Program-made: the position numbers and the translations under genes
In this document: positions 28,512-38,224 of the stretch, one piece after another
How the letters are laid out: every line of letters starts with the position of its first letter
Position numbering within the stretch: the first letter of the stretch is position 1
DNA from: a virus
Taxonomy: Duplodnaviria > Caudoviricetes
Length of the DNA stretch: 53,938 nt
Strand: one strand, 5' to 3'
Virus record (IMG/VR): IMGVR_UViG_3300044491_001751
Coordinates: 1 to 53,938 of that record
Notes under the pieces: model-generated
Database searches by the model: none
What the model saw: only the letters and a program-made list of their open reading frames with translations
Told to the model about the DNA's origin: nothing

Positions 28512-29618
28512 TTAGCTAGGGTTTTCGTTTGAAGCGATGATGTTATCGATAGCAGTGTCTTCGTTGTAGTCCTTGTTGCCAGGAACGTTGAAGGTAGAGC
28601 CACCAGCATCAAGGCTTGTGGTTGCCGTGTAGCTTGCGGCCTCAGTTACGCTGTTAACAACAGTTACCTTAGCGTTACGTGATACGTTGAAGGAGCTAAT
28701 GTCAGCAGTGATTCCGCTAGAGACGTAGGTGACGGTGTTTCCAGAGATAGAGTCAACATCGAAGGTTCCATTGAATGGAGTTCCAACGTTCTCAATCTTG
28801 ATGGAGTCACCAGCAACGATGTTCGGGTTCGCGCTGAAGGTAAGAGTTGCAGCGGTTCCAGAAAGAAGTGCTGCGGCACTGTCAACGGTGATCGAGCTTG
28901 CGTCAGTTGCGGTAGCCGAGGTGAAGTAGACAGGTCCAGTCTCGTCGGTCCAGGTGTAGAATCCGTTGAGGCCAGTAGGTGCCCATGATGCACGCGAGTA
29001 AGCGTATGGACGCTCAGCTGCAACTGGGAACTCCCAGCGGCCATCTGGGCCAGACTGGAATGTTGCGTTACCAAGACCGTATCCTTCGAAGGTGTTAGCC
29101 ATCAGACCGTTTTCAATTACACGGTCGCCAGACTGACGCATCTTGACGAATGGGAATACCCAGTGGAAGTAAGGAAGAACGGAAGCCTTCTTACCATCCT
29201 TGACTGCGTGCGACCATACTTCTAGGGCAACACCGTTACCAGCTGGGTCGTCGCCGACGCCAGGGGCTGCCCAACCAATTGACTTGTGGTCAGCGTTTGC
29301 TGCAGTTCCTAGGTTCTTGCGAAGAAGCAAACCACCAGAGATCAGAGCAGTAAGCTCTGGGTCTGGCTCACAAATAGCGAGCTCCATGGTGATTCTCTTT
29401 AGGGTGTCGGGAGCCTTGTATGTAACACATACAACACCATTGGCACCCTTCTCTGTGATTTCGTCGCCCTCTTCATATTCAGGGGTAAACGAAACCCTCA
29501 TGAACGCTGAAGTGGTGTATGAGTCCGCACTTCCCGTCATTAGGTTACCAGCAGCATCTAGGCGGGTGACACGGATTGACACACCCTGAATGCTGGCTGC
29601 ATATTCTTGAGTAGCCAT
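28512..29618 (-). CDS. major tail protein
   Basis: IRVTRLD..G, EYEEGDEITEKGANG.VC, ICEPDPEL, YFHWVFP; C-terminal accessory beta domain. Confidence 0.85.
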   Translation of the reverse strand: MATQEYAASIQGVSIRVTRLDAAGNLMTGSADSYTTSAFMRVSFTPEYEEGDEITEKGANGVVCVTYKAPDTLKRITMELAICEPDPELTALISGGLLLRKNLGTAANADHKSIGWAAPGVGDDPAGNGVALEVWSHAVKDGKKASVLPYFHWVFPFVKMRQSGDRVIENGLMANTFEGYGLGNATFQSGPDGRWEFPVAAERPYAYSRASWAPTGLNGFYTWTDETGPVYFTSATATDASSITVDSAAALLSGTAATLTFSANPNIVAGDSIKIENVGTPFNGTFDVDSISGNTVTYVSSGITADISSFNVSRNAKVTVVNSVTEAASYTATTSLDAGGSTFNVPGNKDYNEDTAIDNIIASNENPS

Positions 29619-29643
29619 CTAGCTATTCTCCTTAGTTTCTTGT

Positions 29644-30522
29644 TTAAGCCGAGAGGTCAACTCTTGCGGCTAGGTGGATGGATGTGTCAAAGAGAGCCGA
29701 AGCAGTTCGGAACGCTTTGATACGCATGTCATTTGCATTTCCCGACACGTCATAGCCCTGGGCTAGCGAGCCGTTTACAACCTCTGGGTTGCCAAGGTGA
29801 ACTGCCATGGCTCCAGTGGCGTAAATCCATTTGTTGGTGATGGTAGCAGCAGCTCCAGCATCACCTACAGGTCCATTACCAGAGTATCCAGCTCCGATAA
29901 CAACTTTGGTTCCCAGTCTGGTGACAATTACATCGTTGTCCTTGTCAAACTGCAGCTTGGTACCCAGAACTGAAGCAACATCGGCTGTCATGTGGATAAT
30001 TGGCTGCTCTCCAGTAGGGGAGATATTGCGAGCATCGTGCTCGATGGCTGCAAGCGCCAAAGCTGCAGACATTGCAGTTCCAGAGTTAATTTTTGTTACA
30101 GATGCAGCCTTGGTTAAGTATGGGTTAGACAGTGACTCAGCCACTGCAATTTCGCCGTCCCACAGCTCTTTCTCTACAGCTTTTTGACTAGCTGCATCGA
30201 GCTGCTTGAGAACACGGGCATATCGGTCTTGCCCAAGAATACCAAAAGTAGAGTCTAGATCTTCTACTTCAATGAAGAAGGGGTCAAGCTCGATAAAGCG
30301 ATCTGGCTTGTCTGCCGTAGCGTAGACCTCGATGGCAGTGTTGTCAGTGACATCTAAGTTGCGGATGGCCTTTGGCTCGGCATCAAATTCTTGTGAGTAG
30401 CCACGTACCCAACGCTCGTCGTTGGCAGTAGCGCTGTGGTTTTCTGGCTTGACAATGCTAAATAGACCCGAGTGGTTAGGGTCTAGGTCTGGTGCTGTGT
30501 AAACACCGTTTTCAAAAGCCAT
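29644..30522 (-). CDS. second capsid-shell protein (candidate 'major capsid pentamer'/minor capsid protein)
   Basis: Immediately downstream of MCP; GLFS, RWVRG, AVEKELW.G, IIH, T.LG..VVIGAGY, WIYATG, as recalled for cluster-B-like actinophages. Confidence 0.65.
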   Translation of the reverse strand: MAFENGVYTAPDLDPNHSGLFSIVKPENHSATANDERWVRGYSQEFDAEPKAIRNLDVTDNTAIEVYATADKPDRFIELDPFFIEVEDLDSTFGILGQDRYARVLKQLDAASQKAVEKELWDGEIAVAESLSNPYLTKAASVTKINSGTAMSAALALAAIEHDARNISPTGEQPIIHMTADVASVLGTKLQFDKDNDVIVTRLGTKVVIGAGYSGNGPVGDAGAAATITNKWIYATGAMAVHLGNPEVVNGSLAQGYDVSGNANDMRIKAFRTASALFDTSIHLAARVDLSA

Positions 30523-30556
30523 TTGAAATCCTTAAAGATAAAAGTTTTTAGGGGGT

Positions 30557-30592
30557 GGGTGCCCCCTGGCCCGAAGGCCAGGGAGCGAACCC
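30557..30592 (-). terminator. stable cUUCGg hairpin after major capsid gene
   Basis: - strand CCCTGGCC-TTCG-GGCCAGGG with extended stem; no strong U tract. Confidence 0.65.
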
Positions 30593-30613
30593 TATTTTGT
30601 TGCTATTTAGTTT

Positions 30614-32893
30614 TTAGAGCTCAATAGCAGCTGCGGTTGCGCCACCAGTGGTGTCGCGGAGAGCAGCGGCCACACCGTTAACGTTAACGGCCTGAGTGAT
30701 TGCTAGAGACTCGATACCTACCTTGGCAACGCCCTCGAAGGTCTCAACGAACATCTTGTAGTCGTTGGTTCCAACAAGCGAGCTGTCGCGGATGATACCT
30801 AGGTCTAGAGTTCCGCCGTCTAGGAACAAGAAGGTGCCCTCTGAGAAGAGGTACCACTTGAAGCTGTCTGGGAACTCGAGTAGACCAGTTGCGCCCTGTG
30901 CACCGAATGGGGTGGCGTCAGGAGATGCAACTAGAGTTACGTTCATGCTCGAGAGGTAGCCCTCGATCTCTGAACGAGCAACCGAAAGGGTGCCGTCACC
31001 TGGCATTGCGACCGCGAGGTCAGCTGCCATAGCGTCGTATACCCATTCAGGGATGATTGCCTTGAGCTGTGAGCCCTGAGCAATACGGTGGCGTGAACGG
31101 TAAGCAACAGCAGCCTTGCGCATGGTTACTAGGAAGTCACGACCGAAGCCCAGAAGGGTTCCAGAGGTAACAGCCGTCGAACCAGACTCGATCTTGCTGA
31201 TGATGTTCTGCTCTGCCTCACGTGCGTGCTGTACAAGGGCTAGCTCGTTGTGACGGGCAATTAGCTCTGGGTATGCACGAGTCATGAGGTTACCAAACTG
31301 CAGCTGCAGGGTGACAGCGTCAGTCACAGCGGTCTGCTCAGCAGCAGCTGAAACAGTTAGGCTGGACTTCGATGCTGGGCTTGGGGTTACTGCAGAGTCG
31401 TTAGCTGCAGTCCAAACGCCAACAGCGTCTGCGTAGTCACCAGAAGCAAAGCTTGGTGCGGTTACGAAGCGAACGCCGCCACGGTCAGCCTGGAAAGTAG
31501 GTAGGCTGTCGCGAACTGGACGTACGGTGGTTGAGCCAAGGCTGTAGATGTCGTACTTGACCTCTACTGGAGCTGCGTGACCACCAGAAGCAACAAGTGC
31601 TTCACGGCCTACAACGCCTTCAATCTTGGTCTGGTTCTCCAGTGGGTCGGTTCCTAGGAAACGGTCCTCTGGGTATTGGGTGGAGAAAGATGCAACAATG
31701 TGCTGCTCTCCGTCGCCACCGTTAACACGGCGTAGGCTGTGGAGACGCTTTTCAAATGCGCTTGCAACCTCTTTCATGTCATTCATAGTGCTTCCCGCGG
31801 TGTAGCCAGGAATGTCAGCGCCAGCAGTGATAGCCACTGGAGCCTCGGTTACCTGAACTACAGGCTGGCGGTCAGCAGGGGCCTCAAAGGCCTGTTCTTC
31901 TGCGGCGCTCACTAGTGCCTGCTCCTTCTGCTCTTCTACGAGAGCGGTTGTTGATTCGATTGTTTCTTCAGAAGAGAGCTCAGCCTCGGTCTCAACTTCG
32001 GCAACTGCTTCTGCAGTCTCTTCAGTTGATAGCTCGGTTGCTTCTTCTGTTGTGGTTGATAGTTCAGAACCGTCTTCCTGATCGGTTGATGCTTCTGCGG
32101 CAACCTCAGTCTCAGCTACTGCCTCTTCGGCAACAACTTCCTCTGCGATTTCCTCTGTAGATGCTTCGGCGGGTGCCTCTGCTTCTACGACAGCTTCGGT
32201 CTCGCTAGCCTCGGCCTCGACAGCAGTCTCTTCGACTGATGCCTCTGCCTCGACTGGAGCCTCAGCTACAGCCTCTTCAGCTGGAGCTTCTACAACCTCT
32301 TCGGTTGAGAGCTCTGCTTCTGGAGCAGCCTCTTCAATGACCTCTTCGGTAGCAGCTTCTGCTACTACTTCTTCGGTAGCAGCTTCTGCTACTACCTCGG
32401 TCTCGACAGCGGCTTCGGTTACTGCCTCAGCAGACTCCTGCTCAGAAGCGGATGCTGCGATTGTTTCGTCGGCAGACATTTCTTCCTCCTTCTTGTCTTC
32501 CTCTTCGGCGTCTTCCTCAGCTTCTGCCTCAGGCTCTTCTTCGGTTTCCTCCATAGGCATTTCTGCCTCTTCGGTTTCCTCGGATTCTTCCATGGGCTCG
32601 TCTTCGGTCATAGCCATTTCTTCTCCCTCGTCTTCAACCTGTCCCTTGACACGGGCGGTTGCGTCAGCAGCCCTCTGAGCGAGCTCAGCGGCCTGTGCTT
32701 CACGGTTAGATAGTTCTCCGCGAACGATGTCAAGAGAGTCAGCTAGTGACGTCATAGCATCAACTGTCTCAGGAGTAGGGTCTTCTCCCTCAACCGCTTC
32801 AAACTGGCTGATGATATCTGCTTGTAGTTCAGCGAGCTGTTCGTCGCTGAGCTCAGAGATACCATCTAGCTGAGTCTTGATTTGGTCGTACAC
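30614..32893 (-). CDS. major capsid protein with long acidic N-terminal scaffold-like region
   Basis: AGGAGG RBS; N-terminal coiled coil plus about 250 aa E/A-rich linker; C-terminal ASGGHAAP..Y.., RPVRDSLP.FQADRGG, FLFLDGGTLDLGIIRDS...NDY.MFVETFE. Confidence 0.9.
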   Translation of the reverse strand: MYDQIKTQLDGISELSDEQLAELQADIISQFEAVEGEDPTPETVDAMTSLADSLDIVRGELSNREAQAAELAQRAADATARVKGQVEDEGEEMAMTEDEPMEESEETEEAEMPMEETEEEPEAEAEEDAEEEDKKEEEMSADETIAASASEQESAEAVTEAAVETEVVAEAATEEVVAEAATEEVIEEAAPEAELSTEEVVEAPAEEAVAEAPVEAEASVEETAVEAEASETEAVVEAEAPAEASTEEIAEEVVAEEAVAETEVAAEASTDQEDGSELSTTTEEATELSTEETAEAVAEVETEAELSSEETIESTTALVEEQKEQALVSAAEEQAFEAPADRQPVVQVTEAPVAITAGADIPGYTAGSTMNDMKEVASAFEKRLHSLRRVNGGDGEQHIVASFSTQYPEDRFLGTDPLENQTKIEGVVGREALVASGGHAAPVEVKYDIYSLGSTTVRPVRDSLPTFQADRGGVRFVTAPSFASGDYADAVGVWTAANDSAVTPSPASKSSLTVSAAAEQTAVTDAVTLQLQFGNLMTRAYPELIARHNELALVQHAREAEQNIISKIESGSTAVTSGTLLGFGRDFLVTMRKAAVAYRSRHRIAQGSQLKAIIPEWVYDAMAADLAVAMPGDGTLSVARSEIEGYLSSMNVTLVASPDATPFGAQGATGLLEFPDSFKWYLFSEGTFLFLDGGTLDLGIIRDSSLVGTNDYKMFVETFEGVAKVGIESLAITQAVNVNGVAAALRDTTGGATAAAIEL
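32343..32395. repeat. 27-nt tandem duplication (EVVAEAATE x2) in MCP linker
   Basis: TCTTCGGTAGCAGCTTCTGCTACTAC at 32343 and 32370. Confidence 0.85.
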
Positions 32894-33006
32894 TGTACCT
32901 CCTAGGCCAGTTATGGTTGTGGGCGTGACTTACACCCTATTTTCAGTCAAGGCTAAGGGACTCAACGCACGGAGCGCGAGGCGCTTAAACCTACGATAAT
33001 TTTACC
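32894..33006 (-). promoter_or_regulatory. MCP promoter (GGTAAAAT) and structured ~100-nt 5' leader
   Basis: -10-like box at 32999-33006; hairpin AGCGC/GCGCT and interleaved TGACT/AGTCA + GGGTG/CGCCC stems. Confidence 0.55.
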
Positions 33007-33013
33007 TTATTTT

Positions 33014-36000
33014 TTAGGTAAGTAGTCGGAGTAGCTTGCTCATCTCAGATTGAACCTCTCCCTGAGAGTACAAATCTGCTCCTGACATGTAGGATCTGAG
33101 ACTTTGCGTAGCAATGTCAGCATCCTCTTTACCGATCTTTGCTTCGACTCGGCTAATCATTCCATCGATTAGATCCTTTAGTCCCGCGGGTAGATCGCTA
33201 AACTTAATTTTCTCTGCATCCTCGCCAAACGGTAGAGGTAGGTTCGAGATTGTCTTACCAAGCTCTGCTGCGGTTAGACGTACGTTCTCAAGAGCCTCTG
33301 GATTTAGTGCCTTGGCATCGAGACGGTCAATCATCTCCAAAAGCTGGGAGCTGGCAGCTGCAGATGCAGCATAATCACCAGCAAAGTCTAGATTTTCAGC
33401 GTCTTCAGCCTTTTTAAGGGCTTTTGCTAGACCAGCAACTCCAAGGTCCTGCTTTAGACGAGCTAGAACTGTGCGGTACTTTCCTTTAGCATCACGAGGC
33501 TGGTTTACGCCAGAGACATACTTAGGACGACCATCTTCGTCACGCTCTACGGGTTTGCCCTTGTTCTTTTTTACTTCTTCGGCAGCTTTGATTTCTTCTT
33601 CAGTTTGCTTGTCAGCTTCCTTCTTAGCTTCTTTAAGCTCGTCTAAGTCAGCATCAGAGATATCTTCATCTTTATCACCCGCTGCAGTCAAGTTACATCC
33701 GCAATCCTTGTTTGCAGCAGCTGTAATAGCAGCACGCATAGAGGCAACCTGTTCGGCAGCTTCTACAGACGATGCATTTTTCCAATGCTCTGGAACTAGC
33801 GCCCACTTGCCGAGCTGACGAGCACGCTTCATAATGTGCTTGCGAACCATGCGGCGCTCTGAAGCTTTTGCACGTCCATAAGCTTGAATTGCATTCTTCA
33901 AGTCTTCAACATTACGAATAGGATACGCGCCGTCATCTAGTGCGTGACCCTTCTTGGCTAGCTTCATTCTCTCTTCCTGAGAAATCTTTGCCAGCTCGGC
34001 TACGGCAGCAGCAACTAGTGCCTTTTCGCGCATACCTGTAGCGCTAGCTGTTAAAGCTTCAAGATTGGCTTCACGTAGAGCTTTCTTAGCTTCCCTGACA
34101 CGACCTCTTAGATTTGGTGCACTTGCAGCAAGCTCACCAAGCAACTCTGCTTTTGTATTTAGGGCACACGCAGGGCCCGAGCATTTCATGGCTGCCATGT
34201 AGCTTGCACCAGCAGCAACTAGGGCCATAACCTTTCCAGACGCAATCATTGCGCGAGCGGTCGGGAATCCTGGTACGTTGACCTGACAGATAGCAACTAG
34301 CTCTAGACCGCCTTGGATTGGACGCCAGTCTCCAGAGGGAGCAGAAGCACGAAGTGCACGAATCTGCATCTCGTCTAGGGCTGGACGGATAGAACCTGCA
34401 CACCAGATTCCGTACTCGTCTTCGCCAACGTGGATATCCGCAACAGCAGAGGCGGTGTCATCGTAGTGCTTAGCTGCAGACTTAGCGTCAGCGTTAAGAG
34501 GAGCGTGTCCGCCAGCAAGAGTTAGCTGACCGACTGGGACATCGTTACCGTCATCAGTGCGGAGTACGCCAGTGTGGAAGTACGCGTACTTGCTACGAGA
34601 GCGAGGCGGCTTGGTTGCACGTGGAAGCCCGATGTGGCTTACGTTCCATGCAGCAATGTGACCATAGATGCGACCATCATCATCAATAGTTAGTGGTGTT
34701 GGCTTAGTAAATCCAGGGTGCTTAAACCAGTCAGCAGGAGGAATCATTGGAACTTCCTGCTTTAGGAATCCAGACGCGGCAAGCGGTTCGAGGTCCGCGA
34801 AGTCTTCCATTGACTCTTCGTAGACGCCATCTTCTGGGGTCACGGCTTCCTCCTGATCCCCCTCGTTTTGTAATTCAATAGAGCATTCTTGGAATGCTGG
34901 CTTAGCTACAATTGTAGCAGCCATTATGCGTGCCTTAGTTATGGTCAGCTTGTCCTTGCCCATAACTTCGCCATCATCAGCATTTTCTTCTGCTTTTTCA
35001 GGCTTGTCTTCTTTTGCTTCAAACTGGTCAAGGTCAACAGAAACACCACGAAGGAAGCCGTGACGCACTAGACGTTCAGCCTCTTTTCCGTAAGGTCCAG
35101 TGTCAAAGACGCCATAGGCATTACCCAAGCCGCCCTCGACACGCTCGATATAGTCGATGCGACCAACCACAACGGAGCCATCGTGTCCAGAACCAGTCTT
35201 AATCTGCCAGAGCAGGGGGACTGGGAGGTCACGCGTTGAGATAGCGCCTTCTTTAAACTTTCTGCCGTCACCTGACTCTTGCTCTTCTGGCACAAGCATC
35301 GGAATAAAAAAGCTAGCGCCTTTTTCTTCTGTTGCAGCTGCAACTAGACCAACTTTTTGCCGAGCATCTGCAGCTAAAGCAGCAAGTCTTGACTTTTCTA
35401 CAATTATGGAATCAAAGGACTCTTCGGATGTAAACATCATCGAACTCCCGACGCGACCTCGGCCCTTCTTGCGGCCAGGGTTTCTCGGGTCGCCCGTGTA
35501 TACGCCAGTAACTTCTTTGTGGCGGAGCTGGCAGTATCCCTTTGCACGTGGACCCATGTACTTGGATAAGTAGCGTACGCAGCGGGTCCAGTCGCCAGGG
35601 GTTCCCCAGCGGATCTTGAGAGCACCCTTACCGCGAGTCCAGTAGCGACGAAGCTTCTCGGCACCGCCACGGTTTCGATCTAGGCCACCCTTTGCGAGCA
35701 GTGGCTCTACTACACCTTCCCAGAATTGAGCGAAGTCGTAGCCTGAGGCTTGCACAGCTGTTTCGTCAGCCTGCTTTAAGACATCATTTAGAACCTCTTT
35801 GTCGTCCAGCTGAACAACAGGTGGAGGAGTCGCTGACTTGAGGTCTAGAAGAATCTGATCATTCTTCTGCCACTTGCCTTCTACACGCTCGTAGACTACT
35901 GGTTCGGTAGAGGTCTTTGAGGCAGGAACAAGGGCCACGAGATCCATAACCGCGGTCATATCTTCAGGAGAAACGATAGCTAGGTACTTAGCTGGAACGT

Positions 36001-37588
36001 CAGACTCTTTTGGAGAGTTAATTGCTTCTTCTGCCTTCTCTCCAGCAGCGTTGATTCCGTGACGCTCTTTTACAAACTTTTTGTCATAGTCTTTTAGACC
36101 CTTAGGGTTGTCATCATAGGTCTTGTAAGAATTTCGCATCTTGGAAACATATGACGGAAAGTCTTTTAGGAGACTATTAATATCTTTACTAGTTAGCGGT
36201 GGAAGTGTCCCAGGGAGATGTGCTAGTGGCATATTTCTAGGAGTTCTTGGCTCTCCAAGAATTCCACTAAAATCAATTGGTGCTTGACGTTGGAGCATGG
36301 GGGTAGGAGCATCAACATCTGCTTCTGCCTGCGTGTATTTAGCATCAACAGAGATAGTCTTTCCACTATCTAAACGAACTTCAACTTTCCCAGACGCTAC
36401 ATCAATTTTAGTTATCTCTCCCGAGCCGCGCTCGGTGTCTCCTGCAACTACAGTTCTTGCACCTACAGTGACAAACTTACCGCCAGCATCTCTAGGCTGC
36501 TTGCTTGCAATCTTTGATCGCTCTTCAGGAGTGTAGTTTCCATCTCTGTTGGTCGGAGAGTCTCCCGCAGCCGTCAACACTCGGTCAATCATTCCGTAGT
36601 CTTCTTCTGATAGACCGTATGCAACCAGCTCGGCTTCTTCAGGATCAATCTCTTCTAGTTTGACAGGCTGGTATGGACGCTCTTGCATAAAAGCAGAAAG
36701 AATAACTGCAGACTCAGGGTCAATCATGACGTGAGTCTTTTCGACCATGTCGCCAAATTCGTCTAGCTCTTTGTCGTAGAAGTAGATGTCGCCATCGACG
36801 TGACCCATGTTATCCCAGCCGTCGCCGTCCCAGAGGAAGACGCTACCATCAATGTCAATTTTGTAGAGGCGGTCAATGCCAGAGTTGTCCATACGAACAC
36901 GAGCCATAAATTCTGGGCCAACATTCGGGTCCAGCTCGTGAGCCATGCGGAAAGACTCTAGATCACTAGAATACGTGCTGTACTCGGAAGTGGTCAGCTC
37001 GTCAATATTTTCGTCATAAGCACTAGCTGTTTTAGCTTTTCTGTCTTCACGCTCAACTATTGTACGCGCCCAGCTCCACGCAGGATCGCCGCCCCAGAGA
37101 GCCCAAGCAATTTTTCCGTTTGACGGATAGCCATCTTCTCCGCGGTCCCAGCCTTTACCCTTCTTGTCAACTTCGTGACGAGGGAAATACTTTGCAATGT
37201 GGCGAACCTTCTGGATACCAATCTGTCCACCCTTAGCTAGGGTGCGAGCAGTGTTCATGCCAACAGGGGTGCCACCACGTCCGTGCTCTTTACGCCATTC
37301 AAGAGCTTTCTTTGCCTCTCGCTGTACGCTACCTGGGATTGTGTAAAGTCTTGACTTGCGTTCTCCGCCTGCAGTTAGAGGCCCTTTAAAATACCCGACG
37401 GCTGCGTTAGCCAAAGCAATAGCGTCGTCTGATGCGTCTAGCTGAGAAACCTCCCACTTCTCTGCAGACGAAAGATTTTCGTGAGCGTCAACAGCCTGAA
37501 CAATATTCAGGTCAGTGTCGATTACAACACCACGTTCTCCGTCCGAGAATAGGGAAAGATTACCTTTAGTTCCCGCTAGGGTTAGCAC
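33014..37588 (-). CDS. multidomain head protein containing capsid maturation protease
   Basis: Directly upstream of MCP; protease-like segment E..SGDGR.F...LPVPLLWQ..GHDGSVVVGRID...RGVSVDLD...ATIVAKPAF; other modules IAWALWGGD, IRWGTPGDWTRC, DGAYPIRNVEDLKNAIQAYGRA (DUF6582-like). Confidence 0.8.
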   Translation of the reverse strand: MLTLAGTKGNLSLFSDGERGVVIDTDLNIVQAVDAHENLSSAEKWEVSQLDASDDAIALANAAVGYFKGPLTAGGERKSRLYTIPGSVQREAKKALEWRKEHGRGGTPVGMNTARTLAKGGQIGIQKVRHIAKYFPRHEVDKKGKGWDRGEDGYPSNGKIAWALWGGDPAWSWARTIVEREDRKAKTASAYDENIDELTTSEYSTYSSDLESFRMAHELDPNVGPEFMARVRMDNSGIDRLYKIDIDGSVFLWDGDGWDNMGHVDGDIYFYDKELDEFGDMVEKTHVMIDPESAVILSAFMQERPYQPVKLEEIDPEEAELVAYGLSEEDYGMIDRVLTAAGDSPTNRDGNYTPEERSKIASKQPRDAGGKFVTVGARTVVAGDTERGSGEITKIDVASGKVEVRLDSGKTISVDAKYTQAEADVDAPTPMLQRQAPIDFSGILGEPRTPRNMPLAHLPGTLPPLTSKDINSLLKDFPSYVSKMRNSYKTYDDNPKGLKDYDKKFVKERHGINAAGEKAEEAINSPKESDVPAKYLAIVSPEDMTAVMDLVALVPASKTSTEPVVYERVEGKWQKNDQILLDLKSATPPPVVQLDDKEVLNDVLKQADETAVQASGYDFAQFWEGVVEPLLAKGGLDRNRGGAEKLRRYWTRGKGALKIRWGTPGDWTRCVRYLSKYMGPRAKGYCQLRHKEVTGVYTGDPRNPGRKKGRGRVGSSMMFTSEESFDSIIVEKSRLAALAADARQKVGLVAAATEEKGASFFIPMLVPEEQESGDGRKFKEGAISTRDLPVPLLWQIKTGSGHDGSVVVGRIDYIERVEGGLGNAYGVFDTGPYGKEAERLVRHGFLRGVSVDLDQFEAKEDKPEKAEENADDGEVMGKDKLTITKARIMAATIVAKPAFQECSIELQNEGDQEEAVTPEDGVYEESMEDFADLEPLAASGFLKQEVPMIPPADWFKHPGFTKPTPLTIDDDGRIYGHIAAWNVSHIGLPRATKPPRSRSKYAYFHTGVLRTDDGNDVPVGQLTLAGGHAPLNADAKSAAKHYDDTASAVADIHVGEDEYGIWCAGSIRPALDEMQIRALRASAPSGDWRPIQGGLELVAICQVNVPGFPTARAMIASGKVMALVAAGASYMAAMKCSGPACALNTKAELLGELAASAPNLRGRVREAKKALREANLEALTASATGMREKALVAAAVAELAKISQEERMKLAKKGHALDDGAYPIRNVEDLKNAIQAYGRAKASERRMVRKHIMKRARQLGKWALVPEHWKNASSVEAAEQVASMRAAITAAANKDCGCNLTAAGDKDEDISDADLDELKEAKKEADKQTEEEIKAAEEVKKNKGKPVERDEDGRPKYVSGVNQPRDAKGKYRTVLARLKQDLGVAGLAKALKKAEDAENLDFAGDYAASAAASSQLLEMIDRLDAKALNPEALENVRLTAAELGKTISNLPLPFGEDAEKIKFSDLPAGLKDLIDGMISRVEAKIGKEDADIATQSLRSYMSGADLYSQGEVQSEMSKLLRLLT

Positions 37589-37963
37589 TTAGTTCTCCTG
37601 CTTAGAGTCTTCTAGAACAACTTCTAGTTGGCTGGCATATTTTTCAAGCATAGGGGTGTCAATTTTCTCCCCTTTGTCCCAAGCCTGAACTAGTTGATGC
37701 TCCCATGCATTTTTATCTGCAGGATCTGCATCAATAATCGGTTCCTTTTCCCAATCGACTTTCCAAACATCGTACTTTTCCGAGTTTAGATACTTATCAA
37801 CTACTGGATCTTGGCGAGTAACCATGTCCCATTCGGCGTTCCGTCTAATGCCTGTTCCGATTAGGTTAAAAGTGAAAATGGCATCGACTTCGTCTGTACC
37901 CTTATTCACGTAAACGTAAATAGATACAGGCTCACTGTCTACATACTTTGAATCTTCAGCCAT
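37589..37963 (-). CDS. hypothetical protein
   Basis: 124-aa ORF with AGGA RBS and upstream GGTAAAAT box. Confidence 0.75.
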   Translation of the reverse strand: MAEDSKYVDSEPVSIYVYVNKGTDEVDAIFTFNLIGTGIRRNAEWDMVTRQDPVVDKYLNSEKYDVWKVDWEKEPIIDADPADKNAWEHQLVQAWDKGEKIDTPMLEKYASQLEVVLEDSKQEN

Positions 37964-38028
37964 ATTTTTCCTAATCAGTGTCTAGATAGGTGGAGCCAGG
38001 TACTATTTTACCATAATGCTCCATTTAT

Positions 38029-38211
38029 CTAGTCTTTTAGCTCCTTTATGAGCCTTTGTCCGTAGTAATTCCTTAAAGTTGGCACTACTACAACCAGCTC
38101 AGCAACTTCCTCGAGGGATAGCGAGTCTAGATCTAGGCGCTCTTCAATGGGACCATCTTCAGTGTCAATGGTGATATTGACAACGTTTGAGTTGTTCTCT
38201 TGATCTTCCAT
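38029..38211 (-). CDS. small acidic hypothetical protein
   Basis: 60-aa ORF with AGGA RBS directly after the zincin-domain gene. Confidence 0.65.
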   Translation of the reverse strand: MEDQENNSNVVNITIDTEDGPIEERLDLDSLSLEEVAELVVVVPTLRNYYGQRLIKELKD

Positions 38212-38224
38212 AAGTATTCCTATC

